Source: Malacoraja senta
Lineage: Eukaryota
Reading direction: 5' to 3'
Length of the DNA stretch: 64,000 nucleotides
NCBI GenBank assembly: GCA_038087875.1
Contig: CM075999.1
Span: 2,854,001 to 2,918,000, forward strand
Shown: positions 46,801 through 59,545 of the stretch, in pieces
Position numbering within the stretch: position 1 is the stretch's first letter
Layout: the number at the start of each line of letters is the position of its first letter
Program-made: the position numbers and the translations under genes
Notes under the pieces: model-generated
Seen by the model: only the letters and a program-made list of their open reading frames with translations
Told to the model about the DNA's origin: nothing
Database searches by the model: none

Positions 46801-49800
46801 AATATGGCCATTAAGTCTATCAAGCCTACTCCGCCATTCAATCATGGATGATCTATCTCTCCCTCCTAACCCCATTTTCCTGCTTTCTCCCCATAACCTC
46901 TGACACCCGACCCATACTCATCAAGGATCTGCCAACCTTTTGCCTTAAAAATATCCATTGACGGCCTCCACAGCCGTCTGTGGCAATGAATTCCACAGAT
47001 TCACCATCATCCTCTGTCTAAATATCAATCTTTTATCTAAGGAATGTTGCAGTGATCTTGTCACTTATTTTTCCTTCCAGCCATTATTTTAAAAGCCTTA
47101 AAATTCAAATAATTACTTAATCCTTACATCATCTCTTGCATTGTCCTTGGTTATTGTATGATCCCTGGTTATGTCAAATTGAGCATCAGATTTTCAATTT
47201 ATATTAAAGAGGGGGCAAGAAAATATATTCATGATGAGAAGATGTGGGTGGGAGAGTGGCACAGCTGGTGGAGTTGCTGCCTCACAGCGCCAGAGACCTG
47301 GGTTCGATCCTGTCCTTGTGTGCTGTTGGAGTTTGCATTCTCCCTGTGTTCTTGTGGGCTTTTCCCAACATCTCAAAGTCATGTGAGTTTGTAGGTTAAT
47401 TGGCCCGCTGTAAATTGCCCCTAGTGTGTACGGAGTGGATGTGAACGTGAGATAACATAGAGCTAGTGTGAACGGGTGATCGATGGTCGGGATGGACAGG
47501 GTGGGCCGAAGGGCATTATTCCATGCCGTATCTCTACGAAAAAAAATATATGGGACCAGAAAAGTATCTTTTGGTTGTTTTAATAGAGCAGTGCTTGAAT
47601 GCACTTTAGTGTTTAGCTGTATAAATCATGAAGCTTCCGTCTCCTATTTGCCTAGTTAATAGAACAATACTGGTGGGAGTACTCTGCTGCTGCTGCTGCT
47701 ACTGCTGTAAACAATTCCTTGTTGAAAACCTAAGGATAAATGTTGAACCCAATCAAGTTCAGCTGTATTCTCTGGCAGTATCAGTTAATTAAAGACAGTC
47801 AAGCATAAGAATCCCACAAAAATGTTCTGATGTTCAATTCAGTTCATAGATACAGCGTAGAAACAGACAAACTGAGTCCGCGCTGATCAGCGATCCCCGC
47901 ACACTAGGTTAACTGGCCCTCTAAATTGTCTCTAGTGTATAGGATAGAACTAGAGTGTGGGGTACTGGCTGGTCTGCGAGCTCGGTCGGCTGAAGTGCCG
48001 GTTTCCATGCTGTGTCTCTAAAGTCGAACCATTTCCCACTACGGGTGCTGTCTGTACGGAGCTTGTATGTTCTCACTGTGACCTCGTGGGTTTCCTACAG
48101 GTGCTCCAGTTTCTTCCCACATCCCAAAGACGTGCAGGTTTGTCGGTTAATTGGCCCCTCTGTAGTGTGTAGCATAGAACTACAAACCTGCTCGTCTTTG
48201 GGATGTGGGAGCAAACCAGAGCACCCAGAGGAAACCCACACGGTCACAGGGAGACTGTACAAACTCCATACAGACAAATGTGTGTGTCTGACGTGTTAAG
48301 ATTACAAAATGTTTATTTTTAAATTTCTTCCCACCACACTAGAGGGAGCTAAAACCTAATGTATACATGTTTGTATTTATCCACAGTGATGCCAATGTCT
48401 ATTATAACCTTAAGAATTGATCTTTATTTGTCTTTGCTATTGTTGGATTACAATTTTGCTGAAAACATTTGCTAGTAATTGAGTGAGCAGCTGTTACATG
48501 AAGCATTTCTTTGAAGATTTATTGGTGAAATTGGTGTGTGGCTTATGCTTGGTTGCCACATGAGCCATTTAAATAAAACCTGAAGGTAGACAAAAAATGC
48601 GGGAGAAACTCAGCGGGTGAGGCAGCATGGAGAGAAGGAATTCCTTCTCTCCATAGATGCTGCCTCACCCGCTGAGTTTCTCCAGTATTTTTTGTTTACG
48701 ACCCTTTGGGACTCGATCCGAAACGTCGCCTATTCCTTCTCTCCATAGATGCTGCCTCACCCGCTGAGTTTCTCCAGTATTTTTCATTTAGGACCCTTTG
48801 GGTCTCGACCAGAAACGTCGCCTATTCTTTCTCTCCATAGATGCTGCCTCACCCGCTGAGTTTCTCCAGTATTTTTTTGTCTACCTTCGATTGTTCCCGC
48901 ATGTGCAGTTCTTTCATAAATAAAACCTGTAATGAAGTTTGCATTGGACCTCTGGTTGAAGGGCCGTTCATGAGGAAAGATTTTTGTTTCTCTCTCGCGC
49001 AGATGCTTTTGCAGATTGCTGATGATTTTATTGAAAGTGTTGTGAGTGCCGCATGTCAGCTCGCTCGCCACCGGAAGTCAAACACACTGGAAGTCAAGGA
49101 TGTTCAGTTGCACCTTGGTACGTTTTGGAAAAGTATTTTTATTTTATAGCCTGTCATGCTGCTGCAAGTAAGAATGTCATTGTTGTTTTCAATGCATGAC
49201 AATTACTCTCTCTTGACTCCCTCTTCACTCTCTTAAAGGCATAGCATGCAGCTGGCTGCACAAGAAGGAAAGATCTTTGATTTAGTTTAGAGATACATCG
49301 CGGAAACAGGCCCTTCGGCCCACCGGGTCCGCGCCGACCAACTATTTCCGCATATTAACACTACGCTACACCCACTAGGGACAATTTTTACATTTACCCA
49401 GCCAATTAACTTACAAACCTGTACGTCTTTGGAGTGTGGGAGTAAACCGAAGATCTCGGAGAAAACCCACACAGGTCACGGGGAGAACGTACAAACTCCA
49501 TATAGACAGCACCCATAGTCGGGATCGAACCCCGGGTCTCCGGCGCTGCATTCACTGTAAGGCAGCAACTCTACCGCTGTGCCACTCTCTTCGGCCAGTC
49601 AAATATTTGGATTTAGACTTAAGAGACACAGCGCAGAAACGGGCCCTTAGGCCTACCGAGACCGCACCATCCAACGATCACCCCGTTCACAAACCTACAC
49701 ACACATGGGATCATTTTACAACTTAGCGAAGCAAATTCACCGACAAACCTGCACGTCTTTGGAATGTGGGAGAAAACCGGAGAAAACCCCTCGTGATCAC

Positions 49801-52800
49801 GGGGAGAATGTATAAACTCCATACCGACAGCACCCAAGGTCAGGATCGAACCCAGGTCTCTGGCTCTGTAAGGCTGCAATACCGCTGGGTCACCGCACCG
49901 CGCTAATTTGAATCTGTGGTCAACGTAGGAAACACATTGGGACATTTACTTACAATAATAACCAGATACTATACTATAACTTCCAACACATACTATTATC
50001 GCTTCATCAGATAGATTTTACCAAAGACTCGACTTAGATTTAGATTTATTATTATCACGTGTACCGAGGTACAGTGAAAAGTCTTGTTTTGCATGCTATC
50101 CAATCAAATCATGTAATGCCATACAAAATACAATCAAGCAAAACCCAAGTATAATAGGTAGAGCAGAATAAAATATACAAAGTGCAGCTGGCAGAACTGC
50201 TGCCTCACAGCTCCAGAGACCCAGGTGCCATCCTGGCCACGGGTGCTTATCTGTACAGATTGTGCTCCGGTTTCCTCCCACACCCCAAAGTCTGAAGAAG
50301 GGTCTCAACCCTCAAAGTCACCCATTCCTTCTCTCCAGAGATGCTGCCTGTCCCGCTGAGTTACTCCAGCATTTTGTGTCTACCTCCAAAGACATACGGG
50401 TTTGTAGGTTAATTGGCTTGGTATTAAAAAAATTGTCCCTAGTGTAGGATAGTGTTAATGTGCAGGGATCGCTGGTCGGTATGAACTCGGTGGGGTCGGT
50501 ATGAACTCGGTGGGCCAAAGGGCCTGTTTCTGCGTTGTATCTCTAAACTAAACTAAACTAAACTAAAATTTCATTTCTGCAGTGGTGCCTTCAAACTTGT
50601 GTCTCTGGCCTTACACCTCTTAATCACGTATGCCCCTGTCCCCTAATGCATTGAGTTGTACATTGTGGCCCCTTAGAATTCATCATCATCATCACACCTC
50701 TTAATCACGTATGCCCCTGTCCCCTAATGCATTGAGTTGTACATTGTGTCCCCTTAGAATTCATCATCATCATCATCATCGTTGAAAACATCAATGGGCA
50801 CTGTGCCTTACAATGCCGTGTACGACAGTGATCGCAACCTACTGAAGTGTGGAAGGCTGTTGGCTCGCTAGGAGCTCATCCGCCCATTGACAGGTCTTGT
50901 TTTTGGTCCTGCTGGGGGTCCACAGCCCCCTCCTCACCTGGCAAACCAGGTGGGGGAGACGGTTTAGTTGCCGACTATCCAACCATGGAGCAGGTAGCAC
51001 GGGATTACATGGTACCCGTTGCGGGGGAAACTCCCCCCGACCCGACTACTAATTACTAATAGTCATAAACAGGTCAGATATATTGTCCCTTTAAAAATAT
51101 AATTAAAAACTATGAGAAGATAATACAGTGATAGAAATATTAAATAGCTAAAAATATTTGTGGCGCTGTATTAATGTCATGTAAACAAATTGAAATGATT
51201 GATGTTTAAATGCTACAATTGATGATGAAACATTACTGCAATATCTCAGTCATAGATTGAATAATTACACTTTTTAGTGACCATTTAGTTATTGTCACAC
51301 TAATCTCCAGAGGTTATTACCCAATGCTGTTTTCATGTGGTATTGATTAATGATATTGATTATTGATTATTTTACTTTTCGGCCAGAATTTTTTTAAAGG
51401 TGCTGAAATGTCATGCGGGTAATTAACATTGGTATTTGAATGTATGTATACTCTCTTTGCTACAGAACGCCAGTGGAATATGTGGATACCAGGATTTGGT
51501 TCAGATGAAATTAGGCCCTATAAAAAGGCCTGCACAACTGAAGCTCATAAACAGGTCAGATATATTGTCTCTTTAAATATATATTTTATTACTGTAGGAA
51601 GATAATTTGTAAAAAAAAATACAGGTCCATCGCCAATTTTCCGTCTTTCTGGACTATCCGTTTTGCTGGACCAACAGAGGTCACGGCTTCTGAGAGGAGT
51701 CTAAGGGTACCGGAACGTTCCGCCTAGGTGACCCAGGGGCAGAGATACCAGCCCACAAAGTAGGCCGCAGAAGCCGGCTATGGGAACGGATCTGCCTGAG
51801 TTCCAGAGCCCGGGCTGCATGGGGGAAATTTCACCGGAGCAGATCCCGACGAGGTCAAAATCGGCTGCCACACCCAGCCTAGCCATCGCATTTTCAAGGG
51901 GACTTCTGGGGGGTGGGGGGGGGGGGGGGGGTTCAAGTGCCAGAAGGCAGTGGCCAATTCACTGGATGTCTTCAAGAGAGAGTTAGATATAGTTCTTAGG
52001 GCTAACGGAATCAAGGGATATGGGGAGAAAGCAGGAACGGGATACTGATTTTGGATGATCAGCCATAATCAAATTAAATGGCGGTGCTGACTCGAAGGGC
52101 CGAATGGCGTCCTCCTGCACCTGTTTTCTATGTTTCCAAGTGCATCTCGTCATTTTGTCTGAATTAAAGGAGGTGTTGGGCCTGTAACAGAAATATTTTT
52201 AAGACTAATAAAATGTTAGTGTATTGGCATTTTAACTTTCTGATGAGCCCTCATGTCATGCCTACTCAATGCCAATGGGGAAGCGCTTTCATTAGAGGGA
52301 CTGCATGGCCTGACAACCGTTCACCGCCTTCTCAATGGGCAGTAAATACTGGCCTTCCCAGTCAACAAAAAAATCTATAGAAATTATTCATCAGTGGAAT
52401 TTCAATCATGGCACTACTCCATTGATGGACACAAAGCACTGGAGTAACTCAGCGTGTTTAAGAAAGAACTGGAGATGCTGGAAAAATCGAAGGCAGACAA
52501 AAATGCTGGAGAAACTCAGCGGGTGAGGCAGCATCTACAGAGAGAAGGAATAGTAAGATTAAACGAGAACTTACCAGTTTGAAGTTTAATCTTTATTTTA
52601 TGAGGAGTTAAGTTGGTGATTACGTGAAGAAGACCCATCAGCGCGCATGCGCGTCAATCTTCAAAGCAGCGGTATGAAATCACAGACAACACAATAATTG
52701 AAGTAACATATTAAGATGAGCAACATGAGAACTACCATATGACCTTTTTTTTATGAGAGAGGGTTGGGCGTGGCGGGCACGTAATCACCAACGTAACTCC

Positions 52801-55800
52801 TCATAAAATAAAGATCAAACTTCAAACTGGTAAGTTCTCGTTTAATCTTACTATTTTACTTCGGAGTCACGTGAGTGACTACGTGAAGATTTCAAAGCTC
52901 TGTGATTTTATGCCGCAGATCCAAATCCCGGCCTCACTGCATTGATTGACTTTCGATGAGAAACAATCAATAATGCGTTAAACATGAAATGGTAATATCA
53001 TGCAGTAACAATTGATTTGAATAATCAAAACAAACAGTAACCCGTCTATCCCAGGGGAACTAAACAGGACTTAATACTGAATTTGCAAACAGCCTCTCTC
53101 CGATCGGCGATCGGCCGATGGTCAAATTAAAAAAAAAATTTAAAAATTCATTTGACCACCCGGCACCTATAAAAATATGACCGCTGTGAACATCCATCAC
53201 CCTAGCCGACGACGTTGCTGCTGCACTAGTGGAAAAAAGGATATATACACTTCAGTGTTAATACCTGCCTTAATCAACATTTGCTTTAAACCACCTTGAG
53301 ATAGTCTGCACTAACACCCTCCTGTGTGGCTTCATGTAACTGATAAACAATGCTGTTTCCACATTTCTTAAGGTCTTTATAGCTTCAATATAATGAAAAT
53401 AAATGTGCCATTACACATAACCATGGATCAGTTAGTTATGCTGAAACACAATATTAACAACCCTGTGACACCTGGCCTGCTCTGCTTAAACAGGACACAA
53501 TTATATAACATAACATTCTCTTCAGCAACTTCCATCCTGTCTAGCAGAACATTTTCAAAATCTGCACTTGCTATGCTGAACAAATGCCAAGAGCATAACC
53601 ACTTTCATGATTAGTTTGGCAAATTCAGAGAGATGCCAGGAACCTACTGTCGAAACATCTTGAGGACCACACTTACATCCAAGATCGCCATATACCTGGG
53701 TTTAGGAGGTTTAGAGTTGAAATTCCTTTCATCAATCCAGCTATGATATGATGAAACTCAATAGGATCTTTCCTGAGCCCATCCAAACCATACGATGACA
53801 AAGCACTTAAAGCTGTATTAATGGTGCTATAACTGAGCCCCTCATCATCATAGAGTGTCAACAGGAACTCTAAAATATCCACAATACCTGTAGTATTATA
53901 GTCAATATTATTTTGTACACAATATTGCTCCCATTTTTTTCCATAAGTAATATACCCCTTTTGAGTACTCTTTCTCCAGGCTCCAGTGAGCATGTCCACC
54001 GTAAACCCAGACAGTCCTTGCTCCAGGTATGGCCTTTTTAAAACCTGCAAATTAACAAGTCAATACAATCACATAACAGATGACTTTCCCGTGTTAGCGG
54101 ATGCTCCAGTCAATTCCTACGCTTGGGAACCACCAAAAAGAGGTTGGATCCCTAACTGTAACATCAAAGGGAAACCATGCTTGATTCGGCCAATTAGGTA
54201 TTACCAAAGCGGCATCCTGCTTGATTTCTTGCAGACTCCGACCTATTAGGCAAAATGGTAGGAAAATATATAAAACATACCACCTCAATGTCAAAGTATT
54301 AATTGCAACTGCCACCTGGTCTGGTTCCCATGAAACATATTTGGGCTGCTGATGGTTGAACCTTGATGCAAACAAATCGATATCTGGCATTCATATACAA
54401 GTACTATATTATTGAACACCTCCTGGTTGAACATCCAATCTATGTTGTCATGGAACTTTCGTGACTTGGCGTCTGCTACTATGTAGAATCTACCTGGTCG
54501 ATAAATAGCTGAAATATCTTTTCCAATGCACCAGGCCCAAATTTGATTAGCCAATCTGTCACAAAATACCGACTTGATTCCACCGATGTGATTAATATAT
54601 ATGCCACTTGTGTAGTATTGTTAATCTGAAACTGAACATGCAGATCACATTTGTTAGAGCAATAAGCCTTATCCATAAAAACCTCTTAATAGTTAATTGC
54701 CCATGTCTGCAGAAACAATGCCTCTTGCTCAGTCCATCTGCCTCCACAGCTGAAACTCGTATCCGTGACACCCCACCCGAGTGCACTGACATTCATCTGC
54801 AAAATCATGGAAGGCTGGTCAAGCATTACCTTGCAATAACTCCTGGACACATGGTGAATCCACCATTGCAAATCAGAATAGTCTTTACTGATAACTGCAT
54901 AGGTCTATTATAATGACCCGAATGTATCCTTAATGCCTTAATGAGCTTGATACACTTGTCAATTAGCTCTACCCTTTTTCCCTGGGCAGTCACTTAATTG
55001 AATCAATTGTGACCCAAATAGTCAGGTGTTAATTTGGATTTCTCTGGATGGATCAGCAATCAGCGACTGAGCAGCAATTTTAGAGGCAAACGCCCACTAC
55101 TTACCCTCATGCATTCAGCATGGGATCCCGGCACATAGCCATGTTTCGATTCCTGTTTGGAGTTAATCCATACTAACCTTAGACACTCTTTTAGAGTGGG
55201 ACTTATCGAAGCTGAAGCAGGTATCACCATCCATCTCCTCCATTTGCTTGTACATGCCTCTGTACCAAGCATGTTGTTCGACTCCATTCCCCACAATCTT
55301 ATCACATATGTGTGTGTGGCTCCATCTTCATCCACTATACATCCACGTGGGAGGACTTATGCAACCTGCAACAGGAGCTGCCCCAGGACTATGTGCATGT
55401 ATTTTAGCACCATCTTGACCACTACGGAGAAACCGAGTGGGAGTAATGGCAGCCCTGCAAACAGGCCCATGTGCTTCAGGCCCATGTGCATACTCCTGTA
55501 GCACTCTCTCGACCACTCCGCCATTTGAGTGGGAGAAATTTTGGCAACCCTTTACTAGGCGTCACCTCAGGCATGTGTGCATGTATTTTAGCACTATCTC
55601 GACCACTGTGGTGCACCAAGTGGGAGGAATGGCAACCCTACAAACAGGTGTTGCTTCAGGCACATGTGCATCCTCCTGTAGCACTCTCTAGACCACTCCG
55701 ACCCTTGAGTGGGGGGACTTTTGCAACCCTTTACTAGGTGTTGCTGCCTGACATGCCTTACGATGGAGCGTTCTTGAATTGCAACAAGACGCAATGTTGT

Positions 55801-58478
55801 CTGACATTGATACCCCTGGCTTGGCACTCACTCTGAGTTGGGGTTATCAGGTCGCTGCCTACAGCAGCCGCCAGGACTAGCCATGCAATTCGATGCTCTG
55901 TTGGTATCCTCCTTCCCCAAACAGGCTGCACGTGCTAGCGACTCCAAATCGTGCTCCTTCCCGATGCCAACTCCGTCTATAGGGAAGAATTGGAGCGCCT
56001 CTGGCCCCCGTACATCAGACATAGTGGGAAATGCTGGAACAAACTTAACAATTATTTGTCATAGCCAAAGACATTTATGTGAATGAAGACGCCCATCCCA
56101 GTTAAACCTGGGATTACTTTTAATATGAGTTATCCGGCGTCTTGGGCAAGAAACCATGCACAGTCCCTTTAATGAGCAGCAATTACTATGACGCCACCTG
56201 GTGTAACTCCCACAGGTGACTGATAATACAGCTCTACAAGGCTTCCTCTCAGTATAATAGTCACAATGTGACCAAGTGGTAACTATAATGTCTACCCTTT
56301 TGAACGCTTCTCAAAATAGCATTCGTCTTTAATTTGGAGGGCAACCTGAAACCTCAGAATTAGCAGAAAATGCTACTTTTTCACCTCGACACATAAGGGT
56401 GATAAACCACTAATCTCTCTTCCTGAGTTGGGGTTGGAGTCAGCCACACACTGACCCTTTGTACTTCTCTCCACTGAGGAATTGATAAGCAGCCCTGAGC
56501 CTTACTCCTCTCCACTGAGGACATACATATATAACAGAGGGGACCCTCCTGGCCAGGCTCCACATAGTTCAAACTCATATGGGCTGCCAAAGTCGGGTCC
56601 TTCCTCAATGAGCCGGGTAGTAACCCCGACGACCACGCTCAGTCTGCACCCCCCCCCCCCCCCTCGGGAGTCGCTGACCTTACTGTCAGCGACTCTCACA
56701 AAAAGTCCGACGGCCACCGGCTCCTCACTTTACCGCGGACCGTAGCCGGGTATCCCCGCGGTCTAGAGAACCCTGCGGCCCCTATTTAAAACATTTCTCT
56801 GGAGTCGCTAACCTGCCTGTCAGCGACTCGAAATAACAAGCCCAACAGCCACCTCTATCGTGACCGCAGCTTGCTTCAACCCGCGGTCTATAAAAAAAAA
56901 CGCGGCCCGAATTAAACCTCGGGAGTCGCGGACCGTTCTGTCCGCGACTCCACCAGCAAAACCCACCGGCCGCCTGCTACCGCACTCCCGCGGTCCGAAG
57001 CCGACATCCCCGCGGTCAACAATTTCTCCGCGGTCCACTGGGTTTTGCTGAATTTTTCCATGTCTAGCAGGAACCTGGTAAAATGATTCCTGCAATGGAC
57101 AACCTGAAAAGTAAGTTTAAACTTACCTGCAGGATTTTTTAAACTTACCGCTGGAGGACTGTGTTCCTCCCAGCCTGTCTGCGCCAATGCGACCGACGTA
57201 ATGACACGCATGCGCCCTGACGGGTCTTCTTCACGTAGTCACTCACGTGACTCCGAAGTAAAATAGATGACGTTTCAGGTCGAGACCCTTTTTCAGACTG
57301 ATGTCGGGCGTGGGGGGGGGGGGGGTGGGCAGGAAAAAGAAAGGAAGAGGTGGAAGCAGTAGACTTGTGGGAGAGCTGGGAAGGGGGAGGGGAAGGAGGG
57401 AGAAAGCAAGGACTATCAGAAATGAGAGAAGTCAATGTTCATACCGCTGGAGTGTGAACTAGCCAAGCGAAATATGAGGTGTTGTTCCTCCAATTTGTGC
57501 TGGGCCTCACTCTGACAATGGAGGAGGCCCAGGAGAGAAAGGTCAGTGTGGGAATGGGAGGGGGAGTTGCAGTGTTGAGCCACCGGGAGATCAGGTTCGT
57601 TAGTGCGAACTGAGCGGAGGAGTAACTCAGCAGGTCAGGCAGCATCTCCATCAAAACATCTCTGGAGAAGTGATGTTTTGAGTCAGGATACTCTGAAGAA
57701 GGGTCCCGACCTGAAACGTCACCTATCCATGTTCTTCGGACATGCTGCTTGCCCTGCTGAGTTACTCCAGCACTTTGTGTAAACCAGCATCTGCAGTTCC
57801 TTGTTTCTACAACTCCAATGATATATATATTTTTAAGAGACCAACTGGTGTGAGTGCACTTCCTCGCTTTTTAATATTAAGATGTGACTGAATTATGTCC
57901 CTTTGGTAGAATAATGTGTTCAGTACTTGAATCTGGAGGAAAGATGGGAGTAAATTTAGTGTCCTTAAGTTAATCAGCATGGAAACAGTCCCTTCTGCCC
58001 AACTTCCCCATGCTGACCGAGGTGTCTTCCTGAGCAAGTCCAATTTGGCCCATTTTCCTCTAAATTGTTTGTACGCATGTATCAGTCCAATTGTCTTTTA
58101 ATTTAACCCCCCCCTACTTCGTCCAGCAGCTTGTTCCATAAACCAATGAAATTTGCCAAGAGACAAAACAATTGGCAGCAGTTCTTGCTGACTCTTCACA
58201 TTACTTAGTCCGTGGGTGACTTATACAGAGAGTATTGTTATGTAAACTTTCAATTGACAGGAAATGCAGCACTATACTTTTTTTTTGATAATGTCTTTAT
58301 TGTTAATGCCTTCATCTAATTATGCCTGTTTTTGAACAGTTGGTTAGACTTCTGGGCGGCATGTTTTAAATTCTAGTGATTTCCTGTAAGGAGTGCAAAT
58401 TAATTCATATCTTTGCATGACCACGCACTTTCTTTCTTGCAGAGAATGGCACTAATACGCAAAACAACCAAAAAATAA
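34798..58478 (+). CDS. TAF12: Transcription initiation factor TFIID subunit 12; 6 coding exons; 212 aa from the upstream ATG, 161 aa from the canonical MNQFG ATG at 43682
   Basis: Exons 34798-34866, 43598-43849, 46538-46615, 49003-49117, 51466-51554 and 58443-58478 splice in frame. The protein MNQFGP...[105 protein letters not shown] is recognisable as the TAF12 histone fold. Confidence 0.96.
39205..39525 (-). mobile_element. V-SINE (HE1-like), subfamily with a CGAATGCAG-type insertion in the head
   Basis: Same consensus; related copies at ~35096-35545, 49281-49585 and 61814-62114. Confidence 0.88.
41047..41335 (+). mobile_element. V-SINE (HE1-like)
   Basis: A/B boxes, V-domain, (CTAAA)n tail. 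Confidence 0.85.
42110..42895 (+). mobile_element. Older, degenerate CR1 LINE fragment
   Basis: FADDTKI RT motif and DKCEVLHF, followed by a diverged CR1 3' region. Confidence 0.75.
43126..43280 (-). mobile_element. 155-bp non-autonomous retroelement with a degenerate 5' HDV-like ribozyme
   Basis: TSD ATGCCTG(T/C)GTT at 43115-43125 and 43281-43291; head GGGUC-AAC-AAAGA-GCG-UUCAUGU-CGC-GGCCCU-G-CUUCCA-CCAA-UCUUU (43279-43232). Confidence 0.65.
43598..43849 (+). CDS. TAF12: TAF12 exon containing the canonical starts (43682 and 43772)
   Basis: ttgaacag|TTAATT...AACCAG|gtacaa; [40 protein letters not shown]...[26 protein letters not shown]. Confidence 0.95.
44869..45259 (+). mobile_element. CR1/HER1-like LINE 3' fragment
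   Basis: GDLIETYKI...[11 protein letters not shown]; tail (CTATTGT)n. Confidence 0.85.
46538..46615 (+). CDS. TAF12: TAF12 exon, histone-fold helix 1
   Basis: tatttag|GTCTTG...GAAGAA|gtaagt; [26 protein letters not shown]. Confidence 0.96.
49003..49117 (+). CDS. TAF12: TAF12 exon, histone-fold helices 2-3
   Basis: tcgcgcag|ATGCTT...CTTG|gtacgt; [38 protein letters not shown]. Confidence 0.96.
50613..50774. repeat. 81-bp tandem duplication including a (CAT)n run
   Basis: 50613-50693 repeated at 50694-50774 with one substitution. Confidence 0.9.
50761..51060 (-). mobile_element. Short retroelement with a (GAT)n tail, RTE-like
   Basis: GC-rich, hairpin-rich body ending on the minus strand in (GAT)n; family assignment is from tail type only. 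Confidence 0.45.
51466..51554 (+). CDS. TAF12: TAF12 exon
   Basis: gctacag|AACGC...AAACAG|gtcaga; [30 protein letters not shown]. Confidence 0.96.
51622..52184. mobile_element. Tc1/mariner-type non-autonomous element with a nested CR1 tail (~51941-52136)
   Basis: TA-CAGGTCCA ... TGGGCCTG-TA termini; nested LINE flanked by a CAAGTGC duplication. Confidence 0.55.
52549..57266 (-). mobile_element. DIRS-type tyrosine-recombinase retrotransposon, ends intact, ORFs decayed, in the last TAF12 intron
   Basis: Inverted terminal repeats (52621-52656 / 57202-57237) and an internal complementary region 52778-52889 matching both termini. ORF fragments: YR N-terminal ([10 protein letters not shown]...KWEQYC...[15 protein letters not shown]), methyltransferase-like ([11 protein letters not shown]...[11 protein letters not shown]), RNase H (IVADAKSR), RT C-part ([11 protein letters not shown]). 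Confidence 0.92.
58443..58478 (+). CDS. TAF12: TAF12 last coding exon
   Basis: ctttcttgcag|AGAATGGCA...[17 protein letters not shown]. Confidence 0.95.
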   Translation, partial: RMALIRKTTKK

Positions 58479-58831
58479 AGCTTTGATGAAGAGATCATGT
58501 CTGCAACAAAGTTCTGAACATCGCGTCACATTCTCAGGCTGAACCTCGAGTTCTGTAGAGGAACCTGTAATGGCTGATGGTGTGAAAATGAACTCATGAC
58601 ATCCCTTTGTACTCGTACCAACACACTGTAGCAACATGTTTGGTGCTTGATTCTCCTTGGCGAATACAAACTTTAAGGACTTGTACAAAGTGAATGGTGT
58701 GTGTGCGTGTGTGTGTGAAACTGTGCCGTTTCTTTGTTGATTAATGGTAGTGTGATCTATTGGGACTTGGTGGAGTGTTAAGTAGTTGGTTTTCATATCT
58801 TTGTATAGAGGTAATGTTGACCATTTTTGCC

Positions 58832-58837
58832 AATAAA
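58832..58837 (+). terminator. TAF12 polyadenylation signal candidate
   Basis: AATAAA ~350 nt after the stop codon, at the end of a repeat-free 3' UTR-like stretch. Confidence 0.55.
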
Positions 58838-59545
58838 ATATTACTCAACTTGAGCGTAAGTAGTACATATATTTATCACCTAGGCTGTTCAAATCAATAG
58901 TGCAACCAGGCTAATTGTGTAAAGCTCTCCAATATTGCTTATAGATTATGCCATCTCTTCTATGTTTTCCATAGTCTTAAACATCTTTAGGTTAGTTTAT
59001 TGTCACGTGTACTTGGGTACAGTGAAACGCTTTTTTTGTTTCATGCTATCCAGTCAGCGGAAAGCCGTCCACAGTCAAGCCTTCCACAGTGTACAGATAC
59101 AGGATAAAGGGAATAACGTTTAGTGCAGAGTAAAGTCCAAAAAAGTCTAAAGATAGTCTGAGGGACTCCAATGAGGTAGATGGTAGCTCTGGTCCGCTTC
59201 ATAGTTGTTGGTAGGATGGTTCATTTGGCTGATAACAGCTGGGAAGAGACTGTCCCTGACAGTGGCTCCAGTGGCTGTATAGGTTGTCCTCGATGAGGTA
59301 CAAGGCATGGTTCCTAGTCCACAGCTGCACTTTGTGCATATAATTTTCTGTCCTGATATCACCTTTGGTGCTAATTATTGCCTTTCCCCGAATTGCCGTG
59401 CTCTTTAGGTGCTGGAGTAATCCATTCGGCCCTTCGAGCCAGCACTGCCGTTCAATATGATCATAGCTATCATCCTAAATCAGTACCCAGTTCCTGCTTT
59501 CTCCCCATATCCCTTGATTCCGTTAGCCCTAAGAACTATATCTAA

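Noticed and set aside
50905..50965. Plus-strand GGTCCACAGCCCCCTCCTCACCTGGC, superficially similar to the HDV genomic ribozyme
   Set aside because: P3 and P1 cannot be paired; a simple hairpin explains it better.
55304..55755. Repeat-spacer-like array reminiscent of CRISPR
   Set aside because: Eukaryotic context, units are homologous along their whole length, and there are no cas genes; reported as DIRS cargo instead.
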